From positions 1 to 64,000 of the IMG/VR virus record IMGVR_UViG_3300013120_000767: a stretch of 64,000 nucleotides of DNA; one strand, 5' to 3'. Positions 43,444 to 53,564 of the stretch are shown here, piece by piece. The notes under the pieces were generated by a model, which did no database searches, had not been told where the DNA came from, and was given only the letters and a program-made list of their open reading frames with translations. The position numbers and the translations under genes are program-made. This DNA comes from an uncultured virus (IMG/VR IMGVR_UViG_3300013120_000767) (lineage: Duplodnaviria > Heunggongvirae > Uroviricota > Caudoviricetes). Position 1 is the stretch's first letter. Each line of letters starts with the position of its first letter.

Positions 43444-46400
43444 ATGGTAGACATCCTCACTCAGCAACAGGTAATAGCGGCCCAACGGGCAGCGATGATG
43501 CAGGCCCGCCAGTTCAATATGATGGCGGCCGGCCAGGCCCGGTATGGGGGGCAGATGGGCCCTTACGCCGGGTCCTACCCGGGGGGTATGCCTGCTGGTG
43601 AGATGGTCAACCCGCTGGCTCCCACCCCGGCCAATGTAGGCACCACCGCAGGAGTTGCGGCAGGAGCTGCCGGTGCTGCCGGCGTAGGGATGCTGGGGTG
43701 GGCCTCCATGGCCATGGGGATGCACCGTATGGGGACGGCGCCGAGGATCGCCGCCAGCGTTTTCGACCCCCTGACTATGGGACTGCACGGTTGGACTAGG
43801 GGGTTACAGGGGGTCATGCGGGGCGCCGGGATGCCGGTCAAGGCCGGTTTCTGGAACACGATCAGGGACCTCCCCAGCCTGTATGCTCGTCGAGGCCCCA
43901 TGGGCATCGCCCGTGGGGTCCTGGGCGGAGCTATAGGTGCCGCAGCGTTTGCCGCTCCGACCATTGCCGGCTTAGCCGGGGTGAACTGGGCCGGGCAGCA
44001 GATCGGCGTGGGCGCCGGGCAGTACGGGCACACAGCAGACATTATCCAGGCCATTCGCCCCCATATCGGCATGCGCGGTTCGTTCGGGGCGCAAGACTTC
44101 GGCGGCGTCCGTAATGTCATGATGGACTATGCTCACAGGGGTCAGGACACGTCCGGGAGGTTCCGGGACGCTTCTCAACTCCTGTACGCCACAGGGATCG
44201 GGCAGGAGTATCGAGGCGCTGGGACTGCTAAGGAATTCTCAGCTAAGTTCCGGAAGTTGTTGGACGAGACAAAAACCGTAGCGGGCGTACTCCGTACCAG
44301 TTTGGCCGATGCCTACGCTACGATGAAGCAAACTGCGGGGATGGGCTTCTTCAAGACCGGCGACCAGGCGGCGTATGTCACCGGTACTCACTTTCGAGCG
44401 GCGGGGACCGGGATAGACTCGGCCACTCTCATGCAGGTGGGGTTGGCCGGCAGCCAACAGGCCTCCATGTTCGGTACTCGCCGAGCGACAGGGGCGCTGC
44501 AAGCGACGCAGTTAGCTACCGGAATAGCCCAAGCAGCTCGTTCCGGGCTGATCTCGGGGGAACGAGTTCAGGAAATCACGGGCATGTCCGTCTCGCAGGG
44601 CGCCCCCAACCTGGCCATGCGGATGATGCAGGCCGCCCCCTTGGCGCTGCAAAGCGAGCTGGGGCAGACCGTCATGGCTGCCTTGATGGATCGCAGTGGG
44701 GGCCTGGACACTGCCCGCATGGCGCAGTTTCGCAGCGGCGGGCTGAACTGGAAAGACCTCCGAAAAATGGCCCGAAAGAACTTGTCTCGAAAGGGTTTCT
44801 TGTCCTCCTTCGCTGCCAACCAGTCAAACTTGATGGGGCAGATGATGGGCTCCATGGACCCGTCCGAGCTGGTCCAGCGGATGGGGGGTGTGTACGCCCA
44901 GCAGGCAGGAACCGACCCGGTCACTGGGATGCGTGCCCTCACCGGTCTCGGGCAAGAGGAAGTATCCATGCTGCGCCAGGTCACCACCAACCTTGGGGAG
45001 CTGGGACGGTCAAGCCTCCAGGAGGGCCTGGTGCGCCAAATGGGGCAGCTCAAAGAGCAGGTTCGCGGCCAGGTGATGAGCCCGGGGATGATCGTGGGGC
45101 GGATACGTAAGCAGTTACTGGGCCCCCTCGAAAAGAGACTTCAGGACTTCGGGGCACAGCTCAACCAGCGAGTGACGGGTTACATTAACAAGTACCTCGA
45201 CCAGATGATCAACACTCAGACGTCCTACGTCTCTAAGTCCTTCGACGACGTCATGAATCGGGCCATGCGGGGCTTACCCACTGGGAACTTCTGGCGGGGG
45301 ATGCAGGCAACCATTAGCGGCAGCCCTGCCGCTGCTGCTGCTTTCGCCTCACCGATGGGGCTGCCTTCTTTAAGTGGTGAGTTCGGGAGTGGCGGTCTGA
45401 TGGGGTCCTTGCTCCCTCCGGATGCCTTAGCGGGAGCTTTCGGCGGCCCCACGATGACAGGAGCGCAGTCTACTATGAGTACGGCCCTCATGGGCGAGTT
45501 TGGGCTGGGCGGCGGCGGAGGGGGTCTGGTTGCCGGTGGGCAGTTTGCTACGTCGGTCGATCCCATGTTCGCATTTGCCGCTACTCCCTCTGAGTACGCT
45601 GCCGTGGGAGGCATGGCCGAACCGCAGTACTCATTCGGGGGGAAGCTGTGGGAAGGAATGACTGAGGCTGGGGCGGCTATTGGGGGCTTTGCCGGGGGCG
45701 CGGTCGGGGGGGACGTGGGAGAGTGGGCCGGGTCGGGGTTGGGGCGAGTGGGGGCACTAGGGGCTCATCCTGTGTACGGGAGGGCGGTACGGGGCGCCTT
45801 TGGGCGGGCAGGGGCAGTTGTCGGTCGGGGGCTTACGCCCATGCGTTACTTCAAAGGCGGTCGGTTCATGGGCGGAGGCGCTCGGGCAGCTAAAGGTGGG
45901 CAATGGGCCTTCCGAGGGTTGGCGGGCGAGCGGGGAATTTTGGCCCCCTTCCTGCAAGGCTCCAGGTACGGAGGAGGCGGTATCGGGGCCAGCCTTCGTG
46001 GTGGGATGGGAGAAGTCGGGAAGTGGGCAAAGGGGACTGGGGCGTACCGAGGGGGTAGGGCAGTGCTCAGGGGGGCGGGGAAGCTCCCCGTAGTGGGTAC
46101 GGCATTGGACGTCGGGAAGATGGGCCTCGGCATGGGGAAGGCGGGGATGGGAGTAGGTGGCGGAGCTATGGCCCTTGGGCGGGGGTTGCTCAAGTGGGGA
46201 GGCGTCGCCGCCGTGGGGCTCACGACGGCTGCGGATCTGTACGCCTACCACCAGCGGCACGCTGCATTTGAGGAGGCCCTCGGCTCCAGGTCCGGAATGG
46301 AGGCGGTCATCGCCCAAATGTCAAGGACTGGGTATAACCTCAGGCAGGCGGACGAAGATGTTTCGGGCTTCTTGGGCCAGTTCAACCTATCCGGGAGAAA

Positions 46401-48624
46401 GGTGGGATTGCGGCGGGCCGGGTTTACCGACTATGCCAAGATGGCTGCCTACTCGGCGTTGTTGTCCCCCGGCGAGTTGATAGGGGGGCAGGATTTCAGG
46501 GAAACGCTTATGCAGGGTTTGGACATAGCACGCCCGGGGGAGATGGAGGGAATGCAGAAGTTCGCGGTAGGAGGCGAAACCTACTACGCTTTCTCTGACG
46601 ACGACGACTCATTCCAGAAAGTCAAGAACGCAGTGCGGGGAATGGGCACCATAGCGCCCCCCGCTACAGCGGGGAAGCCGCCGTGGTGGTTGGGGGGATT
46701 CACCAAGGAGGCCGGAGTTGCAGCAAGAACGGCAGCGGTTGATCAGGAAGTTGCCATATCTCACCGACGGGTCAGCGACCAAGAACTGGCCCGTACTTCG
46801 CGAGATTTGGGTGTGGATGTATACCATTCTTCCGCTGAGGTGATACTGTACCAGGACATCGCTATGTCTCGCAGTGATCATGACGTCATCAAGCAGTTCC
46901 TGGTCGACGCTCGAGCGGGCAATGCGGGCGCAATGTCTCGAATGAAGGGGTACTTGGAAGGGTCTCCTCAGATGATCAAGTTAGCACAGACGTTGGCAGG
47001 CACCCCCGACTGGAAAGCAGCGCACTGGGAGGCTTTTGAGAAGCTGGAACTCCTCTCCGGAGGCAAGCTACAGGCCCCCTCGGGGTACGCCCCCGCCCAG
47101 GACCTCACGGACATTCCGGACTTGCCTAGATGGGCGCAGAGCCTTAAGGGACATGCGGCCGCTCAGTTCGGGCAGGGCTTCAGGCGTGGGACCGGCGCTC
47201 CCCCCACCAAAGCCGACACCTACCACGCCACGATGCGCAAGCTGGGAGCCCCGGAAGGGATAACTGCTGAAGAGATAGTGGGTGCCCGGGGATTCACCCG
47301 GGAGGCCCTCGCTCGGGGGATGTTGCAGGAAATGTCTCTCGTTGTCGACCCCAGCAAAGCCCGTCGGGGGAGCCGAGGCAGTGTTGGCGAGCATGCCCTG
47401 GAGCAGCAAATCAAAAAGGCGTGGGACCCGTTGGCTATCTCCCGTTCCGGGTTCCGGCGTAAACTGTCGGCCCTGGGTGACGAGATCATGCGGATGAAGG
47501 GGGCCGAAGTAGCTGGGAAGCCGGTGGACGACCGCACCTATCGGGCAATGATGAAAGAGATGGCGATGTACACTACTAAAGAGGTCACCCGGGGGGTGAT
47601 GAGCCCCCTGTTCGAGGGGGACCCCCAGTACGGGGGCATGGTTCGGGGAACTGCCGGCCTGAGAGCTTCGCGATTGCACGGGCTGGCCGAACTGGGGAAG
47701 GTCGCTGAGTACTACAAGGTGGAAGACCGCTGGTATGAGCAGGCAGGGACCATCAAGGAGAGGTGGAAGAAAAATAAGATGAGGGATCAGCTGCGATACA
47801 TCCTCCCGGCCGGGAACATCCGGGGCGCCCTGGAGAAGTACATAGATGAGTTCCCCGCTGCTCTCAGCGCGGGAAAAGAGGCCCTGACGAAGAGCTTGTC
47901 CCAGGACGTCCTGGCGCAAATTGACCAAGCGGGAGCGTCGGAGTTGGAGGAGCTCTCCCGGATCTTCGCGTCCGACCCCCTGCTCAGTGCTCAGTTTGGG
48001 AGGTACACCAACCAGATGCTCGCCATTGAGACCGGGTGGACTCGGCGACGGAAACCAAAGGCCGTGCTGGAGAGGTTTGAGGGGATGGCCGGTATGGCTG
48101 TATGGGGTGACCTCAAGAAGTGGGAACGGGACGTCATGAAGGGCGGAGGGAGGCTTTGGACGGTCCAGGCGAAGATCGCTGAGGAGTTACAGAAGTCATA
48201 CCGCTTCGAGGGGTCCCGCGGAGAGGGCCTTACAAAGGCCCACGAAATTGCCGGGATGATGATCAAGGCCATGGGGGCCAAGACCAGCGATGAGCAGCGC
48301 AAGCAGGCTCGTTCGGTGGCGGCCGCCTTGCGCAAGTTCACTCGGCACCCCATGGGTGCGGGGGTGGCCGGAGAGCAGGGGGAAGTGGGGGACCTCGGCA
48401 AGTTGATTGCTATGTTGGAGAGCTCCGAAGCTGAGAAGGGGAAGCTCATCGACCTCTTCAAGGACGGGACTGCTCAATTCACCATGTCCCAGGCGGGGAT
48501 GGAATCGCTGGGGAAGGAGTTGGCCGCAGCGTTGAAGGCGGGGGGCAGAGGCGGGGGTCTCCACATCTCTTTGGGGGGAGCTCCCAGTAAAGACAACCAA
48601 GACGCAGAGGGGGCCGGCCACTGA
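43444..48624 (+). CDS. tape measure protein
   Basis: 1726 aa, G/A/M-rich and helical with Gly-rich hydrophobic stretches; longest ORF, between the chaperone and the baseplate genes. Confidence 0.75.
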   Translation: MVDILTQQQVIAAQRAAMMQARQFNMMAAGQARYGGQMGPYAGSYPGGMPAGEMVNPLAPTPANVGTTAGVAAGAAGAAGVGMLGWASMAMGMHRMGTAPRIAASVFDPLTMGLHGWTRGLQGVMRGAGMPVKAGFWNTIRDLPSLYARRGPMGIARGVLGGAIGAAAFAAPTIAGLAGVNWAGQQIGVGAGQYGHTADIIQAIRPHIGMRGSFGAQDFGGVRNVMMDYAHRGQDTSGRFRDASQLLYATGIGQEYRGAGTAKEFSAKFRKLLDETKTVAGVLRTSLADAYATMKQTAGMGFFKTGDQAAYVTGTHFRAAGTGIDSATLMQVGLAGSQQASMFGTRRATGALQATQLATGIAQAARSGLISGERVQEITGMSVSQGAPNLAMRMMQAAPLALQSELGQTVMAALMDRSGGLDTARMAQFRSGGLNWKDLRKMARKNLSRKGFLSSFAANQSNLMGQMMGSMDPSELVQRMGGVYAQQAGTDPVTGMRALTGLGQEEVSMLRQVTTNLGELGRSSLQEGLVRQMGQLKEQVRGQVMSPGMIVGRIRKQLLGPLEKRLQDFGAQLNQRVTGYINKYLDQMINTQTSYVSKSFDDVMNRAMRGLPTGNFWRGMQATISGSPAAAAAFASPMGLPSLSGEFGSGGLMGSLLPPDALAGAFGGPTMTGAQSTMSTALMGEFGLGGGGGGLVAGGQFATSVDPMFAFAATPSEYAAVGGMAEPQYSFGGKLWEGMTEAGAAIGGFAGGAVGGDVGEWAGSGLGRVGALGAHPVYGRAVRGAFGRAGAVVGRGLTPMRYFKGGRFMGGGARAAKGGQWAFRGLAGERGILAPFLQGSRYGGGGIGASLRGGMGEVGKWAKGTGAYRGGRAVLRGAGKLPVVGTALDVGKMGLGMGKAGMGVGGGAMALGRGLLKWGGVAAVGLTTAADLYAYHQRHAAFEEALGSRSGMEAVIAQMSRTGYNLRQADEDVSGFLGQFNLSGRKVGLRRAGFTDYAKMAAYSALLSPGELIGGQDFRETLMQGLDIARPGEMEGMQKFAVGGETYYAFSDDDDSFQKVKNAVRGMGTIAPPATAGKPPWWLGGFTKEAGVAARTAAVDQEVAISHRRVSDQELARTSRDLGVDVYHSSAEVILYQDIAMSRSDHDVIKQFLVDARAGNAGAMSRMKGYLEGSPQMIKLAQTLAGTPDWKAAHWEAFEKLELLSGGKLQAPSGYAPAQDLTDIPDLPRWAQSLKGHAAAQFGQGFRRGTGAPPTKADTYHATMRKLGAPEGITAEEIVGARGFTREALARGMLQEMSLVVDPSKARRGSRGSVGEHALEQQIKKAWDPLAISRSGFRRKLSALGDEIMRMKGAEVAGKPVDDRTYRAMMKEMAMYTTKEVTRGVMSPLFEGDPQYGGMVRGTAGLRASRLHGLAELGKVAEYYKVEDRWYEQAGTIKERWKKNKMRDQLRYILPAGNIRGALEKYIDEFPAALSAGKEALTKSLSQDVLAQIDQAGASELEELSRIFASDPLLSAQFGRYTNQMLAIETGWTRRRKPKAVLERFEGMAGMAVWGDLKKWERDVMKGGGRLWTVQAKIAEELQKSYRFEGSRGEGLTKAHEIAGMMIKAMGAKTSDEQRKQARSVAAALRKFTRHPMGAGVAGEQGEVGDLGKLIAMLESSEAEKGKLIDLFKDGTAQFTMSQAGMESLGKELAAALKAGGRGGGLHISLGGAPSKDNQDAEGAGH

Positions 48625-48830
48625 TGCAGGTGATGAACACAGCCGGTGCTCCCAGCTCTTTCGCCCTGCAAAATTTCGGGGTGACGATGACGTTCACCGA
48701 CAAGGCCTACATGGAACCGGAAGATTTTCTTACCCTCCTGATGAAGGCTGTCATCTTTGAGCGAAGAACAGGTGAAATCGGGTATCCTCTACTGGAAGAG
48801 GCAACCTGGGAAGTGATGATGGAGTACTGA
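48624..48830 (+). CDS. small hypothetical protein
   Basis: TGATG coupling; 68 aa. Confidence 0.5.
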   Translation: MQVMNTAGAPSSFALQNFGVTMTFTDKAYMEPEDFLTLLMKAVIFERRTGEIGYPLLEEATWEVMMEY

Positions 48831-48832
48831 AT

Positions 48833-50299
48833 ATGGCCCTGAAGAAGCTGGACTACGGCGTAACGATGTACGAGTCCTCAGTGCAGACTGATGCGGACGC
48901 TGCCTCTTTTCAGGGTCCCCGGTACGGGGGGTTGGGGCGAGGGCCGGTGGGCGCCAAGCTCACCGGGGATGTAGTTCCCAAGCCCGGCGCCGCTAAAGCC
49001 AAAGGAGCAGCCGCAATTTCTCAATATGGAGGCGACGGGGCCTCCCGGAAGAACATGGGGATCACCTCCCCGTTTTCACAGTCGTCGCTGTATATCCGAC
49101 CCCGGTACGGCACCCGTATCCGCCCCGTGCAGGATATAGCGGCCATCTACATACGGAGTATGTTTGCCACGGACGGGAAGTTCGAACGAGAGTTCCTCTC
49201 CCGGGACTTCTCCGTACAGGGGATCGCGTACCAACGAACAGACCTGCACGAGGTGTACTCAACCTTCCCAGCCAACGTCTTCGCCAATTTCCGTTCTTCA
49301 GCACCCATCATGGTGGCCTTCTCCTGCAAAATTCTCAATGCCTTGGACTTCGAGTGGGAGAAGGCTTGGAACAACTACCGGAACGGGCGGTACCTCAATC
49401 CCCGATGGTTGGCAGCCAACAGCAAAATTCTCGAGATTCGCGTGGACGGGTTGATCTACGTGGGTTACATCATCTCGGACTCGATCCAGAAAACCATAGA
49501 AATGGAGGGGGGCCCCTCACTCACGTTCCAATTCCTGTGTTTGCAGTTCTACCATGCCGCAGTGATGTACGAGCAGAACATCAGCCAGCTGAACTTGACC
49601 GAGTCCTACTACGTGGACGCCGACTTTCGCCAGTTCACAACCAGGTACCTGACCTCGGCGGAGGTGCAAAAGGATCTCCCACCGGAATACCGAGCTTACT
49701 GGCGGAACTACGTGGGGTGGGTTCAAGACGACAAGGACTTGAAAAAGGCGGAAGAGGAGACCTTCTTGAAGAAGTTCTGGAAGGGCATCAAGGACTACGT
49801 TGCGGACCCACAGAAAGCCATGGTGCTCGTGCAAGCCCTTGCCAGTGGGGACGGGGGAGTCATCGCTTCGGCATTAGGCAATCTGGGGTCCGGGGCGCTC
49901 GAGGCTGGGCTGCTCTCAGGGGCGCAGGGCACGCCCTTTTCGGGCATGGTGAATGCCATGCTGGAAAACGGCATGGCCAAGAAAATGGTGACCAGTTTGT
50001 TCCGAGAGGACTGGGGGACTGCCCTTTACACCTTCACGGGCATGTCGCAGAACGTGCTTCAAAGTACCTCTGCGGTGACACTGGACAACAAGTTGATGTC
50101 AGGGAAGGCGGTGAAGTCATGGGGTGGGGCCACTATCGGCATGGGGGCCTGGAGCCAACGGCAGTACTACGGGGCGAAGCGGAAAAACAAGACCGCCGCT
50201 GGGTGGGGGAGTGGGGCCAGCACTACCCAAGCGAGCACCAGTGGGGCTTCCGGCCCGGCTTGGGGAGCAACTCAGAACACTCCGTCAGCTCCTGCGTAG
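48833..50299 (+). CDS. putative tail-tube initiator/baseplate protein
   Basis: Follows the tape measure; beta-rich core (FSVQGIAYQR...IYVGYII...LTFQFL); positional call. Confidence 0.45.
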   Translation: MALKKLDYGVTMYESSVQTDADAASFQGPRYGGLGRGPVGAKLTGDVVPKPGAAKAKGAAAISQYGGDGASRKNMGITSPFSQSSLYIRPRYGTRIRPVQDIAAIYIRSMFATDGKFEREFLSRDFSVQGIAYQRTDLHEVYSTFPANVFANFRSSAPIMVAFSCKILNALDFEWEKAWNNYRNGRYLNPRWLAANSKILEIRVDGLIYVGYIISDSIQKTIEMEGGPSLTFQFLCLQFYHAAVMYEQNISQLNLTESYYVDADFRQFTTRYLTSAEVQKDLPPEYRAYWRNYVGWVQDDKDLKKAEEETFLKKFWKGIKDYVADPQKAMVLVQALASGDGGVIASALGNLGSGALEAGLLSGAQGTPFSGMVNAMLENGMAKKMVTSLFREDWGTALYTFTGMSQNVLQSTSAVTLDNKLMSGKAVKSWGGATIGMGAWSQRQYYGAKRKNKTAAGWGSGASTTQASTSGASGPAWGATQNTPSAPA

Positions 50300-50306
50300 G
50301 GGAAAG

Positions 50307-53300
50307 ATGGCACTGCATGCAGCAAAACGGCAAGAAGTCAAATGTTTTGTAGAGGGCGTGGAGTTCCCCATGGTCTCAGCCCGAGGGGTATACGCCACCG
50401 CCACTGGCGCCCCCTTGGCCATGCAGATCCAGTTGGTGACTGGGGGAGACCCCCGCTTCCTGGGCCGGTCGTACATTCAGCTGTACTACTACGACTCCCT
50501 GGAATACCCGGACGGCATTGTGGCCTTCGAAGGGGAGATGATGGGCTACCGGTTCTACGCCACGCAGGGGGCAGGCTCTTCCGTGCTCAGTTGTGCGTCG
50601 TCTCAGTCCTACCAGGCCAAGATGCTACTGAATATCCTCTCTCAGCGGTCCCGGGACTACCGGGAGGAGAACGACACAGAGCTCAAACAAACTGCTACCA
50701 AGGTCGGGGAGAAGTATGCCTCGTTCTCCGGAGGCATCACCATCCCCGAGTACGAGACGGTGCAGCAGGCGCTGTTCACCCGGCCGATTACGCAAAACTT
50801 GGACGGGGTGTTGGGCGGCCTCATCCACTTGATGGAGTTGTTCACCGGCATCCAGAAGGGGAAAAAGCGCCTGCGACCTATGGACAACTTCATCGGCATG
50901 GCTGAGTACCGGTTGAACTTACTTCAGCGCATTGTGGCTCCGGAAGGAGACACTACAATAGAGAGGCTGATGCGCCTACCGTCCACCAAGAAGTTCTTGA
51001 AGAAACTTCTGAAAGGGTTTCGGGGGGAGCAGCCGTTGTCGTACGCCGCCCTCAAGCAGGCGTTGTTGCGGCGGCTCCATTACCAATCAGTGGTCTCCTG
51101 CGCCTCAAAGTATACCCCCGCTCGTGAGGTCCAAAAGACCGTAACTGCCTACAAAGGACTGAAGGGCCTCCAGAAGTACCAGGACTTCGTGGCTTTCCTT
51201 GAGGCCTTACGCAAGGAAATGATCAAGCAGAGGGCCCACGACATCTTCCTGGCGTGGGACCTCAGCGGGAAGATGTCCACAGTTTCAGACATACAGGTGT
51301 TCCTTTACACCGCCCTCCACACCTTGACTGCTCAGTACCTCTCCGGGATGGTAGCGTTAAATCCCACGACGCCGGCGGGGGAGACCTACGACGCCAAGTT
51401 GAAGGCCCAACGGAAGTCCCAAACAGACCGGTTGCACTCGCTGACGGCGGAAGTCAGGAGCAGCTTGTCCCACGTCGTTACTGACCTGCATAGGTGGAAT
51501 GAGTCCCTGCCTTATTCGGGTACGGACAAGGTGCTTTTCGCAAAGGACAACCGAGCGGCATGGAACTTAACCCTGGGGCGGGTCAAGAAGGCCATTGCCG
51601 ACCTCAAGAAGTGGCTGTCGTTCATTGGGCATGGCGCCCCCTCCGGGACGTTCAAAAGGACAGTGGAGCTCGTTGACAGGTACCACGAGGAGATCCTCCT
51701 CCCCGACTTGTGGTTCGGAATCCCTCCGGCGTGCAATCTGTTCATGGAGTCCATGTACACCTCGTTTACCTCCGGGAGGAACTACTCTGCCGAGCCTACC
51801 CGGTTGCTCCTCATCGGCCCGAAGGTGGGGTTTGAAGGAGTGTACATCCGCTCCCAGGGGAAAACCATGGTGGTGGCTCCCAACCTTCAAGGCAACCAGG
51901 GCAAGAGAATTCTCGAGGATACCTTGAAGGGGAAGTACACTTTACTCCCCCATGAGATTTTCATGGGCCCGCAGCCGGTGGCTTTGCCCATTACCCAGGC
52001 GTTGGGGTTGGCTGAGTTCGAAGCCAGCAGCGGAACTTCGACGAACGATAAGTATGAAGGTATCGGATTGGGTGCCCCCCCGGATTTGCAGGAGTTGTTG
52101 GATAAGTCCCCCCTCTCTCGAGGCTTCCCCTTCCTCCAACGAGTGGCCCATGCCTCGTTCATGACTCAGTACTTCGGCATCCGCACTGCTTCCTTGGTGG
52201 GGGACTTCTATCCCCGCTTCATTGCTGGACTGCCGGTGGCTATTGAAATCCGCAACACAGTCAGCGACGACAAGGTCACCAACTCCTTGGTAGTGGGGCA
52301 GATTAGGCAGATTGACTTGGCAATCACCCCCAAGACAATAGGGATGACCACGCACGTGACACACGTACGCTCATACGAGGAGTGGCGGGACATCGGGGTC
52401 TACCTGAGGATGTACAAGCGGGACCCGTACGCCTCTGCTGCGGCGAAGTGGCGGGGGAGTCGTAACAAGCTGGTGGCGTCCATTGAGAAAGGAACGGTGT
52501 TGGCTCCCGATACGCAGCAAGAGACGTTGTCGGTCCTTCAGGACATTTATGCTGAGGCCACAGCCAAAGCTGCGGTAGAGACGGACAGAAAAAAGAAAGA
52601 TCGATTGGTTGCCTTGGGGAACAAAGCGCACCAGGCGCAAGTAGCTGGGACAGCCACGGTCCGGGCGCAAGAAGCCCTGACTGAGATCAGCGTTGCTGGG
52701 ACGGGGGGCGACCCTGAGGGGGGGCCGCTGAGCCAAATAAAGAAGAAGTACAGCATAGATATTTTCGGCACCAGTGCGGAAGAAGGCGCCCGTGAGCAAG
52801 CTGCTGCCGCTTCGTCGCTGGAACGGGCCGCCGACCTTAGGAAGCGCATTTACGAGACCCAAACAGCCCTGTTCAGGACGAATGTTGAGGAAGTGGTGGC
52901 GTTGATGGACACCCCCACGGGTTCTCCTGTGTCCCAGAGTGAGCACCAGATGTCCCTGGACCAGCTGTGCCGGCCGCCTTGGTTGGACCCGATGTACAAC
53001 AACGACTCCATCGGGGAGAGGGTGTACCAGCCCCTGTGGGGCGTGGACAGCATGTACGATGTAGTAGCGAGGAGGCTGGGCGCCGAAGCCGTGGCCGACT
53101 ACTCACAGATGGATATTATCTTGACCTTCTTCATGGCGCAAGACGAAGCCTTACGTAATCCTACTTTGGAACGTCGGGCGATAATCAAGCCCCCGGAGCA
53201 AGTGAATTTCGTCCCAAGCGCATACGTGCTACACTCCCCCCTTGAGGAGGACTCCTGGATAACCGGGAAGTTCAAGAAGAGCGCCGTAGCAGCGGCGGTC

Positions 53301-53555
53301 AACGCTGCTCTTAACGAGACGGCGCTGGGCGGTGTGCTTCAATTGGAGGAGGAGGTGTTCATTCCTGAAGGGGTGACTACGATCAACACCAGCGACATTG
53401 ACCCCCGCGGTCCTCGGGCGGCACGGGTCTTCACAGCGATCAAGCGGATGGTGGAGAATGTACCGCACGCCAGGGAGCACTACAACTACTTGTTTGCTGT
53501 GGATGCAGAGGACCTGCACGCTACGGGCGACGACACAGGCGCCCTGACCGGATAG
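50307..53555 (+). CDS. putative baseplate hub protein (large)
   Basis: Start moved to ATG 50307; KCFVEGVEFP N-terminus, PPACN and GDFYPRFIAGLP; positional call. Confidence 0.5.
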   Translation: MALHAAKRQEVKCFVEGVEFPMVSARGVYATATGAPLAMQIQLVTGGDPRFLGRSYIQLYYYDSLEYPDGIVAFEGEMMGYRFYATQGAGSSVLSCASSQSYQAKMLLNILSQRSRDYREENDTELKQTATKVGEKYASFSGGITIPEYETVQQALFTRPITQNLDGVLGGLIHLMELFTGIQKGKKRLRPMDNFIGMAEYRLNLLQRIVAPEGDTTIERLMRLPSTKKFLKKLLKGFRGEQPLSYAALKQALLRRLHYQSVVSCASKYTPAREVQKTVTAYKGLKGLQKYQDFVAFLEALRKEMIKQRAHDIFLAWDLSGKMSTVSDIQVFLYTALHTLTAQYLSGMVALNPTTPAGETYDAKLKAQRKSQTDRLHSLTAEVRSSLSHVVTDLHRWNESLPYSGTDKVLFAKDNRAAWNLTLGRVKKAIADLKKWLSFIGHGAPSGTFKRTVELVDRYHEEILLPDLWFGIPPACNLFMESMYTSFTSGRNYSAEPTRLLLIGPKVGFEGVYIRSQGKTMVVAPNLQGNQGKRILEDTLKGKYTLLPHEIFMGPQPVALPITQALGLAEFEASSGTSTNDKYEGIGLGAPPDLQELLDKSPLSRGFPFLQRVAHASFMTQYFGIRTASLVGDFYPRFIAGLPVAIEIRNTVSDDKVTNSLVVGQIRQIDLAITPKTIGMTTHVTHVRSYEEWRDIGVYLRMYKRDPYASAAAKWRGSRNKLVASIEKGTVLAPDTQQETLSVLQDIYAEATAKAAVETDRKKKDRLVALGNKAHQAQVAGTATVRAQEALTEISVAGTGGDPEGGPLSQIKKKYSIDIFGTSAEEGAREQAAAASSLERAADLRKRIYETQTALFRTNVEEVVALMDTPTGSPVSQSEHQMSLDQLCRPPWLDPMYNNDSIGERVYQPLWGVDSMYDVVARRLGAEAVADYSQMDIILTFFMAQDEALRNPTLERRAIIKPPEQVNFVPSAYVLHSPLEEDSWITGKFKKSAVAAAVNAALNETALGGVLQLEEEVFIPEGVTTINTSDIDPRGPRAARVFTAIKRMVENVPHAREHYNYLFAVDAEDLHATGDDTGALTG

Positions 53556-53564
53556 GAGGAAGCC